From assembly GCA_028534125.1 (NCBI GenBank), contig CM052816.1, positions 72,976,001-73,040,000 on the forward strand: a stretch of 64,000 nucleotides of DNA. The letters run 5' to 3'. Within the stretch, counting starts at the first letter, position 1, and every line of letters starts with the position of its first letter. The stretch is from Lama glama (taxonomy: Eukaryota). A program made the translations under genes and the position numbers. This document shows positions 13,281-25,408 of this stretch, piece by piece. The notes under the pieces were generated by a model. The model saw nothing but the letters and a program-made list of their open reading frames with translations, ran no database searches and had not been told where the DNA came from.

Positions 13281-14740
13281 TTCTTTATTTCACATAAATA
13301 CATACATCAGAAGAGTAATATCCCCATTTTAATTGTTCATATGGTTTAGTTACAGATTGGATTTTATCACCGTGTGAACTTAATTTTTCAAAAGAATCCC
13401 TTTTCATTTAATTTAGATTGAAATCTTCTAGAAGTGCATTGATTGTATTCTTGTTCAACAATAGCTGATATTTTTCAGCAATTTCTTTGTCTTTTTAATT
13501 TTTTTCCTTCTAGTATTTCTTTCATTTGAAGCATTTATCACTCCTTTACTATCTTCCCCCTATTCTACACACTTGAAAAATTATTTTTATTTTCTCCTTT
13601 TTCATTTTATTTTTGTTTCTACTTACCAAGAATTTTAGATTAATGCAGTTCTGTGAATTTACTAAGACCTTTCTTCTTGTCCCTTGAAAGAATGGCTGAA
13701 AATATCAGGAGATAAAATTTCAGAAGAGCAAATAATCATAGATCACATATGACAACTATCAAAATAAATCTATACATTGTACTCTTATTTCAGTGGTTAG
13801 ATATATTTTGATGACAGTTTTAGAAGTGTTAGATGCTCCTATCCATATCTCTTCTAGATACTTAGATACTCAAATACAAACTTAACCTTATTCAATGTTG
13901 ACCCATATGGCTAAGGCTAAGTATTTGTTCATTGGGAGCATTTACTTTTTCAGGGGCAAACAATATCCTCCATTTCAGATTCTGCCTTTGTGTTTGACAG
14001 GCAGTAAAATAACATTACCTAATATTTCTTCTTTTACCCTTTCTCTAAATTAGGAGTTTTTATAAATTTTCTTTCTTAAACTAATATTTTAGACATATGT
14101 TTTATTACATTTTGTTTTCCATGCCTTGTTGTATGTCTGAACTATTTTCTAAGTATAAAAAAGAAGAATAACTCTGTTATCTAATTAAATTGCTTTTTTT
14201 CCTACTCTGAACATGATAGAGGCACAAAGATTAGACAGTTCAATGACAATTAAATTGTGTGAAAAATGATCAAACATGCGTATCTGATTTGTAGTAATTA
14301 CTGTGAATCTGTACCCTTCCAAAATTAAATAATTAAGGAGGGTAGGATGAGATTATAAGCATGTTAGAGATAGATGAATGTCTGCAAGAGAAAAGCACAG
14401 TTCTTGTAGGGTGAACCTGAGGAATCCAATTAAACTTCTAGAGCCACAAACGCAGCTCTGAATAAAATTGAAGATTTTTCTCTGATTACTAATGAGAAAC
14501 CTTTTGAGTGATTTTTCTGAAAGGTTATTTGTTAATTAGAACCAAGTGGAATTATGTCTACGTGATTCAGAAACGAACTGCTGTTACTTTAGGATGCATG
14601 CAAAAACAGCAAGTACAGGCACCGCCGAGCAGCCGTGCTGTCTGTAGATACACAGAATTTTTTATGCAGTTGATTCTACTGCAGTCGAAGTGTATTCCCT
14701 TCACAAGACTGAATGTAAAAATAATCTTTCCAAATATCTC

Positions 14741-15100
14741 TTTTTCCAGCTTTATTGAGGTATAATTGATACATAAAATTGTATAAATTTAAAGGGTACA
14801 AGATGTTGATTTGATATGTGTATATATTTTGAAATGATTACCAAAATAAAACAAGTTAATGCATCTGTCGTCTCTCACAATTTCCTTTGTATGTGTAATA
14901 AGAACATATACGATCCATTCTCTAAGTAACTTTCAAGTATACGATACAATATTGTTAACTGTAGTCACCCTGCTGAACATTAGATTTCCCAGAACTTACT
15001 CATCTTAGAACTGAAAGTTTGTACCCCTAGACCAAAATCTCCCACCACCCAGCCACTGGCAACCACCATTCTACTCAGTTTCTATGAGTGTGACTTTTTT
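14741..15100 (-). mobile_element. LINE-1 3' UTR (L1MA9-like)
   Basis: cagctttattgaggtataattga...caatattgttaactgtagtcacc...ctggcaaccaccattctactc, an antisense L1MA 3' end. Confidence 0.9.
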
Positions 15101-15498
15101 CCTTTTCTTTTACTTTAATCTAAATTTAATGGCCACTTGCAAAATACAAATCTTACTAATTTTGTTGTAAATTTTTATTTGCCTGTGATAAAAAAAATAA
15201 AATTGCAGTTGTAGAATAGCCTTTGTCTTGGCAATGTCTACTCATCTTGTTAACTAATAATTTTTCACTTTTTTATTGCAACATATGCTGAAAACCCTGA
15301 CACACACACACATATATAGTAACAAAAAGGACCAGAGTTACCACTGACATATAATTAATATGCTGTGTCAAAGAATACTATAATTCTTGAAGACGTGCTA
15401 AGATGAACTCAAGTTACATGGTTTACTTTGTTATCATAATGATGAGATCATCTTCAGAAATGTGTCTATCACTGGGCAAGCTTCGTAAGTAGGAATAG

Positions 15499-15763
15499 TG
15501 TTATGGACTGAATTGTGTTCTCCCCAAAATTTCATGAGCAGAAGGCTGACCCCCAGAATGAATGCAATTGGAGACAGGGTCTTTAAGGAGGCTAAATCAG
15601 GTCAAAGTGTGAGATCCAAGGCCATCTCCAAACCGGGAAATCAATCCTGCCAGCACCTTGATCTGGGAATACCAGCGTCAAGAACTGTGAGAAAATAAAT
15701 TTCTGTTGTTTAAGCCACCCAGTCTGTGGTGTTCTGTTATGGCAGCCCAAACAAACGAATACA
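15499..15763 (+). mobile_element. MaLR LTR (MLT1A/B-like) with internal deletion
   Basis: Starts tgttatggactgaattgtg and ends aataaatttctgttgtttaagccacccagtctgtgg...gaataca. The middle part seen in the copy at 9867 is missing. Confidence 0.9.
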
Positions 15764-16890
15764 GATTTGAATTTAAAATGTATATTTTATGTTAATTTCT
15801 CAATGGAATTAAGATTGAAGAGATTTGTTGTCCTTGGTGTCTGAGGATTCTTTTCTGTTGGGAAATTGAAAGGCCTTATATAATCACGGATTCTCACCCA
15901 AGCAGGCACTGCTCCAGCATCGGAACCTCTCAAGGATGTATTCAAAGTGCCCACCTCCAATCTTCTTTTATCCTGGTAACTTGGCCAAGGACAACTTTTT
16001 TTTTAGTTTCTCAGCCGTATTCCTTATGGTGCCTGACATGTGTTGATCAAAAGATGCATCTCATTCAAATAGATAAAAATGTTTGCCAAATTCTCTACTT
16101 GAAATTGTTTTAATAGGCTTAAACAATTTAAAAAGTGAAAATCCTGTCCTAAGTTCAATGCTGTCCTTTAAGACTTGTCCTTGAGAATGAGAGTGAACTC
16201 ACTGGTAGGAGGTAAGAGCTTCATATGCTGCCTCGATTTTTGACAATACCATTTAAAGAGGCACTGATTTAAGCCCCTCATGCTAACGCATTTGATAAAT
16301 TTCATGACAGTTGACGACATTTCTTTCAGATATTTTGGCTGTGTTTTTAATGCAAATGGATGGCAATGCAGAACACAGGAAAAACTAGATGTGTTGCCAA
16401 ACACTAGAAGTGCTTCATCTGTATAAAGAGTTCCCAACATTTTTGTCCGAGTAGAGGTTTAACATTGCAAATAAATCCTTCCCCGTTACAGGGACACTGT
16501 AGTCTTTGCAGCTTTTAAACGGGCTTTCTAAAGCAGGGAATCTTCTTGGGCAGCATCCTGATGAACTCAATAGATAAACACGAATATTTGGACTGAAAAA
16601 CTACCTAGGTTCATATTTATGAAAGTTGAAGTAAATTACTTAGCTTCCTGTTCTTGTAGTCATCATATAGCTGATCTGTTTCAATGTACTATGCAAATAT
16701 ATTCTCCGTTCTGGAAGGAGTGATGTCATTTGACCGCAGTACAACTTTCATGTTTTTTTCTCGGCTCTAAGCCATAAACCAGAATGACCATTTGGAATAC
16801 ACGTGGCTTCACCACTAACCTATATTCACTCCAAGTAATTTCCCAAGTATTAATGTGGTGGTGATCTGAAATGATTTTAGCCTCTGCTAA

Positions 16891-16910
16891 ATATATATAT
16901 ATATATATAT
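16891..16910. repeat. (AT)10 microsatellite
   Basis: Directly visible. Confidence 0.95.
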
Positions 16911-19439
16911 GCATTTACCTGTTTACAATGGATATTAAACTGTCCCCCAAAATAGAGCACTAATAAGTAGATTGGGATTTTTTTGCAAAAGATTCCTTCA
17001 AAATCTAGAGTCACAGTGTGGGGGTGGTCAAATAAAGAAATCGTATCTGTAGTGCAGCCACCACTGTCATCCAAACAGATCTGCTGTATTCTGCTCCATG
17101 ATTTCTGATGTTTACCGGGATTTACATGGAAGATACAAAGCATATGTGTGCCCTTCGGGGCTCTTCTCAGAAAAATTATTTCAACACCCACTCTATCTTT
17201 CCCTCTTCAACCCTCTTCAATTTAGAGGTCATCAGATTTCCTTTTAAGGTGGAAGTGTTTACCCAAGAGCTCTACACACTGATGTTAACCTCATTTAATA
17301 GCTTTGTTCTTTTTCAGGAAGAAATAGCCTAAGCGAAAATCAAATATATTAAACAAATTCAGATCATGAGATGTGAACTTCCCAATGTCACTTTATCTTT
17401 TTCACTTGACATTAAGTTAAATTGACATTAAGATAAAAATAGATTTTATTGTGTATGAAAGATATTCTCAATCTCTTTGCTTCCATAACATAGATTAGAA
17501 AAAAAAATAATATAGCTCATTCTTAAAACAGTTCTCCAGATTGTAGGCCATTGCATGATTTGCAGATGTATTAAATAAACCAAAGGTTTACTGTGGTATC
17601 CATGATGAGCCTATTGGAAAAAAAACCAACCTTGATGGGGGAAAGTGGGGTAGATAAATTTGACATTTTTTCCATTTTTAATTGCCAAAAAAGATTGTGA
17701 GCAGCTCAAATAGATATAAAATTCTATGAATGCAATAAGCATGCGTTTGTTATTTTTATTCATGTCTCCCTACAGTGTTAAGTGCAAAGAACTCCCTAAG
17801 TTCATTTTGAAGGAACAAATGAGACAACGAAAAAAAATGAGACTATAGCCATTTTCCGCAAAATGTAAGAAATATTCTATAATTATATAGTTTTGCTTTT
17901 TGTTTCTACTAAATATGTACTTGGAAAGATGTCATTTTAACTCTGCCAGTCAGCTGTCCTAGGTTACACATCACATCCAGATGTAAGTATTTCATAGTGA
18001 GGCAAGAGGCCATAAAACATACTTAATTATATAGTTTTCACTTTTGTTAGTTTTCTCCTCATTTTATTCAACTTTACACTAATTATTGCTTTCGTGTGCT
18101 AAGTGGAAAATGTATCATCTTGAGGTATTCCTTTTTGCTAAAGATTTAGAATGTTAGTTCCAGTGCAGTTTGAAATGTGAAGAATAACTAGTAATTAAGG
18201 ATTCAAATTCTTCTAAAATTGTGTTTTTTCACTTGGGATCAACTGTCCTGCTGGGGAGAGATCCATGGAAATTTTATGCAAATCCCTTTGTCTCTTAAAG
18301 GGAATCAGACTCTCAGAGCATTTAGAGTCATTGCTCTGATGCACACTGCTTATTTCCAGGTTACCAACTAGGAACTAGGCACTTTTTTTAAGGTCCAGAT
18401 AAGTGATATTAACACAGTAAAGCTAATCAAATTCCTATATAATACCACTCAGTGGTTTTAAGAACACCAGCATATTAAGTTAAGCAAGGTATACTTCACA
18501 GACATTCCCGATTTTATTTTCAATCTCAGAGAGGAAACAGTATTTGGGAATTCAGGTTAGTTCTTTCACTGATAGATTTAAGTGTGAGCCAAAATAATGA
18601 ATCTAATGATTCCTTTGGAGCATCTATTTAAAAAGAAAGACTAACAAGTAATGACACTTGGTCTGTACTTTTTCTCTGCTTTCCCCAGCCCAAATTCTGT
18701 AAATGACATATAGCCACTGGTGTCTGGTCTCTGCCAAAATAAAACCATGTAAATTGGAGAAAGATTGCTATTTAGAGTCATCTTTGCAAAATCTTAGGGA
18801 AGTCTTTGAACATTCTTATATTTTTAAAGGGCAAGTGGTGAGCTGTAATTGTGCTTTTTGAACTTGATTATATCTGCTTCAGTAGCACACTATAGATAAT
18901 ATTCTGCAGATAAAAAAAAGGAAAAGAAAAAAGTTAAAGAAAACTGCCACTACATTTAATTGAAGCGTAGATGGTCAGGAATTCTATAGGGTAAAAACTG
19001 CATTGGATTTATTGGAAACCTGATCTTTCTAACATGCCTGGCATGTGATTAATTCTCACTTTGAAAGTTACAAATACTTACATGTCAGCATCAAGTTGTG
19101 CAGTGAAATAAACTTAACATTTGAGAAGACAATTCAACTTAAGTGAGAAAATATTTTTTAAAACCCTGTTGTGTTGGCTTTTTCTGCAGGTAAAGTACAA
19201 AATCAAAGAATAAACTTTCCCCTGCAAGGAAGGCTAACTCTGAGACTTACTGAAACTGAATCGGTTTTCTAAACAGTGTGCTTAGTGGAATTAAAATATT
19301 TACTTAATATTTTTGAAGAGGATTCTTCAAAATGGGGATAAGCAGCACCTATAATTTTATGTAAAATGCACTTCCTTGTTCTAATGATTCTTGTATGTGT
19401 GTATTTCAGGTATGATGTAATTTCCCATCACTCAGGACA

Positions 19440-19927
19440 TGTAGTAGCTTCTGCCTCACCTGACTGTGGCTTGCCGTGTTCCTCTTTGAGAGTAAACCTC
19501 CCCAGAGGATTTCCCAGGCACTGCAGTGGTTGTATGAACTCCGTCTTCAGGTGCTGAGAAGACTGACACAAAGAAACTCCATTTTTGCCACTGACACTCT
19601 CCCAGAGTCCCAGTGAAGGACTCTCTCAGGAAAACCTTGCCATTGTCACACTTGGCTTTCAGAGATGCAGCCCAGTGTGTGAACTGCCAGCTGAGTACAA
19701 GCTCAGGTTCAGAACAGTGAGTTGTCCCTGTGCAAAGCCACCGAGTCCCGAGAGAGAGGGAGAGGTGCCCACGAAACACTCCTCTCTCTGCTCTGTGACG
19801 GGGGGACTGGCTGTGGAGTGACCAGAGCTGTGTTTCAAGGCCATGCTCTGATTTCATTCTCCTTCTTTCTTTCTCTTCCTCTTCCTCAGGAAAGTCCTCC
19901 TGGGTATTTTCCTCTTGTTACTATACA
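19440..19927. mobile_element. Possible old solo LTR, family unassigned
   Basis: A ~490-bp block more GC-rich than its AT-rich flanks, with imperfect inverted termini tgtagta...tactataca. No clear TSD. Confidence 0.4.
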
Positions 19928-20264
19928 GGGGAAAGAGAATGTGGTTTTTTTTCCAATGTGCCAAAGCAATGGAATTTCATTCCCATCACCTCAATAATAT
20001 GGTGCACATCCAAATATCGGGTCTCAGGTGGGAGAAAGTAATAATTTGCAAGCAAAAATGACCATTTTTGTGAGGGTATTTTGCTCAGCTGTCTTCATTC
20101 TGATGTTCATCTAGGTATTTAGTTGCCAGTGTCTCCCAGTCATGTATTTTAGAGGCTAGAACTGAAGAGTATAAAAGAACATCAAGAATTCACTTGCACC
20201 TGGCATGTTATTCAGAGTTCAGTATTGGGGTGAAATGGAAAATGCTTATTTAACAACAAACATG

Positions 20265-20545
20265 GGCCCTTAATAGATGGCAGGAACTGTCTCAAGAGAT
20301 CTATGTGTATTATTTAATTCCTGCAACAACACTATGAAACTTTACTATCACATCACACCATTTGATTGGGTTGGACAATGAGATATTGCTACTATTCAAC
20401 CATTTTTACCCCTAAAAATGGAAACTTTGTCTAATTCAACCTAATATGTATGAGAGGAGATGCTACGTCACTTGCCTAAGATCGCACAATCACAAACTGG
20501 TAAATGGAGGAATTCAGATTTGAACTCAACAGTCCATTTTCTCTT
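20265..20545 (-). mobile_element. MIR SINE (interrupted)
   Basis: tatttaattcctgcaacaacactatga and cacttgcctaagatcgcaca...gatttgaactca. Confidence 0.7.
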
Positions 20546-20655
20546 CACCTTATGCTCTTCTCTCACTCATTTTATATATTCGTATATACATATATACACA
20601 CACATATATTCGTATATTTTTTGTCTCTATATAACTGCATATATAGAGGTGAATA

Positions 20656-21358
20656 CAGGCAGACCTCAGAGATACTGCTGTTCCGTTCCAGACCACCACA
20701 ATGAAGCAAATATTGCAATAAAGTGAGTCACAGGAATTGTTTGGTCTCCCAGTGTATATAAAAGTTACATTTACACTGTACTATCATCTATTAAGTGTGC
20801 AATAGCATTAAGTCTAAAAAACTCAATGTACACTTGACCCTTGAACAACATGGGGGTTAGAGGCATCGACCCACTCTGCAGTCAAAATCTGAGGATCACT
20901 TTAGTGTTGGCCCTTCGTATCTATGGTTCTGCATCCTAGGATTCAACCAGCCATGGATTGTGTGGTACTATTGTATGTATTTAGTGAAAAAATCCACATA
21001 TAAGCGGACTTAAGCAGTTAAAACCAGTGTTGTTCACAGGACAACTGTACATACCTTAATTAAAGAAATACTTTATTAAAAAATGCTAGCCATCATTTGA
21101 ACCTTCAGCAAGTCGTAATCATTTGCAAAAGTAACATCAAAGATCACAGATCACCATAACAAATATAATCATGAAAATTTCCGGAGTATTTCAAGAATTG
21201 CCGAAATGTGACACAGAGACACAAAGTGAGCACATGCTGTTGGGAAAATGGTGTGAATAGACTTGCTCTATGCAGGCTTGCCACAAACCTTCAATTTGAA
21301 AAACTGCAATATCTGTGAAGCACAAAAAAGCAAAGTTCAACAAAGTGAGATGTGCCAG
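20656..21358 (+). mobile_element. Tigger1-derived non-autonomous DNA transposon (internal deletion derivative), interrupted by a nested element
   Basis: TA|caggcagacctcagagatactgc...ttccagaccacc left end and a Tigger1-like right end (gacacagagacacaaagtgagcacatgctgttgg...gagatgtgccag). No transposase present. Confidence 0.9.
20831..21047. mobile_element. Tigger2-family MITE (MER8/Tigger2a-like) nested in the Tigger1 derivative
   Basis: Terminal inverted repeats cacttgacccttgaacaaca / tgttgttcacaggacaactg, flanked by TA on both sides (20829-20830 and 21048-21049). Confidence 0.92.
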
Positions 21359-22093
21359 CGTACACACAGACTTAGGGTGTGTGTATGTTTGTGTATTCTT
21401 AGGTATTTCTGTAAAGGCTCCAATATATACAGACAGTCAATCTCCTTCTACTTTCTGGACTTTAATCCCAAACTATAAAGCTGGTTTATTATTTTTCATA
21501 CATGCAGTCATCATTGGTATTTTTCACCCTAAGTACTTTAATTTTGTTTTCTTTTTTTCCTCAGCCCACACTAACTTTGACAGCTATGCTTATGACTTCT
21601 ATACTTTCAAACAAACCAAAAAAAGACTCATTTCCATTCACTCATCTTGACCTTAGTATCACCACAGAGTGCTTCTCTTTTTGCTATGATTTCACCCTAC
21701 TTGTGTAGCTTGCCTTCCTGACAGTGTGTCTCAGGGAGCCCATTCCTTGCTTTCTTACAGAGACCAGTCTACAGTTATTAATGGGAGCTGTTTACCAGAG
21801 GGTCACTGAGATCATCGACATGCTAGGGTGTACCCACCACTCAGCTGGGGCAAAATCACCATCAACCAGACTGGCTCGTCTGCGATCTGTAGACATTTTC
21901 CTTTGGTGGATTAAACATACTCTTCTTTCAAAGTTTGAAGCTATTTATATCGAGCATATGCAACATGGGGATAGAGATTGCTTGATAGGAGGTAGATTTG
22001 ACTCTTCTTAATTTTATTATGTCAAACAGTGCAATGTGGTATGAGTTAATTATCTAGATAACTCAAGCTAAACATGTTTTTCCTCATGCTGCC

Positions 22094-22584
22094 TGTTGGG
22101 AAAAGCAATCTTGTGCAAAAATCTTTCCATCCCCACTTGGTAGCATAAGAATGGGTCTTGGGTCTGGATTACTTGTTTATCAGGAGATGAGAGGTCCTTA
22201 GGGCTTGTGCTGGACTTAACACCTCTTATAGGAGTCTCTTGGTATCAGACTCAATGTCCCCTCCTTTGTTCAACTTAATGTGCACATCATATGGCACCTG
22301 ATCACCCCCACTGCTGTATCTGTCCCCCATGGGAAGGGGACCGGGGTCTTCTGTTGCAGCACAAGATGGGTGTGTAGAGACCAGGTGCCCTGTGTCAGCT
22401 GCTAGGAGGGACCAGCTGGTCATGGGGAACTGACACCCACAATGGAAGCTGCCTTTGCCCTGTTTCTTCTCTACATAAGGAAAGCATTGCTTTGTCTAGG
22501 GCTTGATTGTGCTGTGTTTTACTTGGAGACTCTGATTCCAAGATTCAGTGGTGTTCACACTCCTACACCAAGTGATAGGCAGCA
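22094..22584 (+). mobile_element. ERVL-class solo LTR (MER54/MER74/MER88/LTR53 group)
   Basis: Starts tgttgggaaaagcaatc; internal motifs atggcacctgatcacccccactgc, ccatgggaagggg and catggggaactgac; near-matching flanks gctgcc / ggtgcc. Confidence 0.65.
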
Positions 22585-22686
22585 GGTGCCATCGGCTCAA
22601 GGTTAAGGTTATAGGTAGAATTTGCATCATTTTACATTTTTAAATTTAAATTATCAAGATAAAAATTATTCTGGCAAATCTCTATA

Positions 22687-22693
<7 letters not shown>

Positions 22694-22733
<40 letters not shown>
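22694..22733. repeat. (CA)20 microsatellite
   Basis: Uninterrupted CA run. Confidence 0.97.
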
Positions 22734-22735
<2 letters not shown>

Positions 22736-23091
22736 AAGAGAGTGAGAGGAAGAAAATTATGTGACTGAATACATAGTTTGTACAAAACCCGGAGTATGCA
22801 CCTTTTAGAAAAGCTTGGCCCCATCTCCCCACCTACCCCCATCTGCTGGTCCTTCTTGCCCTTTTGGTGGATTCTTCATGGATCCCACCATTCCTGCCCA
22901 GATATGTTCATCTTCTCTCCCCTCGTCTCCTAATGCCACTGCCTATCTCAGCCTCCTGGAAATGAGGATTGGGTTTTCACATAGTCTTTGTTGCTGCCAC
23001 TGAATAATACAGAAACTTCATCTTCCAAATCAAACCCACTTGACATAAGAGTCTCTGGGCTGCTTGGAGGTGCCAGGTGGTACAACCAGAG

Positions 23092-23591
23092 NNNNNNNNN
23101 NNNNNNNNNNNNNNNNNNNNNNNNNNNNNNNNNNNNNNNNNNNNNNNNNNNNNNNNNNNNNNNNNNNNNNNNNNNNNNNNNNNNNNNNNNNNNNNNNNNN
23201 NNNNNNNNNNNNNNNNNNNNNNNNNNNNNNNNNNNNNNNNNNNNNNNNNNNNNNNNNNNNNNNNNNNNNNNNNNNNNNNNNNNNNNNNNNNNNNNNNNNN
23301 NNNNNNNNNNNNNNNNNNNNNNNNNNNNNNNNNNNNNNNNNNNNNNNNNNNNNNNNNNNNNNNNNNNNNNNNNNNNNNNNNNNNNNNNNNNNNNNNNNNN
23401 NNNNNNNNNNNNNNNNNNNNNNNNNNNNNNNNNNNNNNNNNNNNNNNNNNNNNNNNNNNNNNNNNNNNNNNNNNNNNNNNNNNNNNNNNNNNNNNNNNNN
23501 NNNNNNNNNNNNNNNNNNNNNNNNNNNNNNNNNNNNNNNNNNNNNNNNNNNNNNNNNNNNNNNNNNNNNNNNNNNNNNNNNNNNNNNNNNN
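23092..23591. other. Assembly gap (500 N)
   Basis: Run of N. Confidence 1.
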
Positions 23592-23786
23592 GAATAGATA
23601 AACAAGATTACACTGTATAGCACAGGGAAATATACACAAAATGTTATGATAACTCACAGAGAAAAAAATGTGACAATGAGTGTGTATATGTCCATGAATG
23701 ACTGAAAAATTGTGCTGAACACTGGAATTTGACACAACATTGTAAAATGATTATAAATCAATAAAAAATGTTAAAAAAAAAAAAAA
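23592..23786 (+). mobile_element. Young lineage-specific LINE-1 3' end with poly(A); 5' part lies in the gap
   Basis: ctgtatagcacagggaaatata...gacacaacattgtaaaatgattataaatcaataaaaaatgtt followed by an unbroken A14 run. Confidence 0.92.
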
Positions 23787-24929
23787 GAAGGGTATTTAGA
23801 ATTCCCTCCTGCTCAGCTTTCAAACATGGGCCCCAATGACTCGGCTTTTTGCATTTTGGAGCAGTGATAGATAAGACTGTAAAGGAGTGAAGCAGTTAGA
23901 CCTGGAGGAGAAAGGGTACAGCTACCCCAAGAAGCTTCAGAAAGAAAGTGAAGGAAGGAGGAAATGACAGAGGGCGTGACTAATTTATGCAACAGCAGTT
24001 CTTAGAACTTTAGGAAGGACAAATCTCCAAAACGTAGAAAGTTTAAAAACGTTCTGGAAACTCCACCCTCCCCTTCCTAAATAGACCTTCGAAGATGGCC
24101 TTCATTACTATTCAAGTTTTGATGTTTCATTTTAACATGACACAATGCTAAGGGGGATGTGGAAGCAAGAACGAGGGGGCCCCATCTTATTCAGATTACA
24201 CGTAGGAACCGTTCACTTTGGTTAACAGCTTGGTGATCTTCGCATACTTCATTTTACAGTTATCCCCTACCACTGGGTATCTAGATCTAAAGTCTTTAGT
24301 TAAAGAACCATTTCTGGGTTTACTGAGAGCCCAATGGTGAAAATCTAGTGAGACCCACGCTCAGTTCTGTAGTGGCATTCATCTCTGAGAATTAAAACGC
24401 AGTCACGCAGCTTGCAAAGTGCAGGTACCACAGAGATGCTGTATATCCTGTAAAATCAATTGCCCGGTCATAGCCCCTCTGCCCCCATCACTGAGTCACT
24501 GCAGGCGTGCTCTTTGCAGCTCTCCTCCAGTCTGCGCCGGATTGCCCTGTCACGATTTCCCACAGCCCTTGTCGGCACGCTGACTTACATCTGCTCGGAT
24601 TCCTACAGTCAGGTGCTCAGTCTCAGGTCCCGCCTCTGATCTCTCTCCCTGGGAAGCAGAAGTCTGCTGAGCATTACTTTGAGGCCAGTAGAGTGGTGGC
24701 TCAGCATGACCTCATTATTAGGGCCCTTTATTTTGTCCTTTGATGTTAATTCATCCAGAAACTGGACGTAAGAACTCTGTCGAGTCCCACTGTCACACTC
24801 GTGTGTACGGATTAAGTTCAGGGAGTAAAAAAAGCACAGACAATTCGGGGATCAGCTCTGTGGAGCAATAGATCCTGAACAGTATCAGCCCCAAGAGCCA
24901 GCAGGAGGCTGGCAAATTAAAGTCAAACA

Positions 24930-25408
24930 TAAGAGAACCATTTCATCTCTGCCTTTCACTTGCCTGTTTTCTCTCACATCTACTCCCCACCCTTCTCTAC
25001 TTCACTCTGTGTCATTACATATACTTTGCAGACTCCAGGGTCCTCTAGTGTTTGGCTGAAGTTAGCCAATGGGAGGCACTGGCAGAAGACAGGATGAGAG
25101 AATAAGCTGGATATTTCCTTTCCTGTTCTGGAGAGATTCCCTGCAAGCGCCCGAGCCTCCTCTGTGGCTGCAGCTCCTGCCTTACAGGTGGGCAGCGGCC
25201 CCAGCTTTCACCAGGTGGGCCGGCTCCTGGGCTGCCCTGCTCCCTCGGTCCCTCCAGCCTCCCGGTGCTGAAATTTATGCAGTTTCTTAGTGTTGTTAGT
25301 ATCTGGGTTGCCTCACATTCCTTTGTTAAAATATTCAGCTTTATCATTATGTGTAAAGAATGATACGTGCTTGATTTACTCTGTTTAAAATATGATATTG
25401 ACTGATAC
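24930..25408 (+). mobile_element. ERVL LTR (LTR33-like)
   Basis: agccaatgggaggcactggcagaaga, tgtggctgcagctcctgcc, tctgggttgcctcacattccttt; ends tgactgatac. Confidence 0.75.

Noticed and set aside
19366..19997. Cluster of overlapping ORFs up to 133 aa
   Set aside because: No recognisable protein; explained by locally higher GC content.
22977..23735. Long ORFs of 174-252 aa
   Set aside because: They are artefacts of translating through the N gap.
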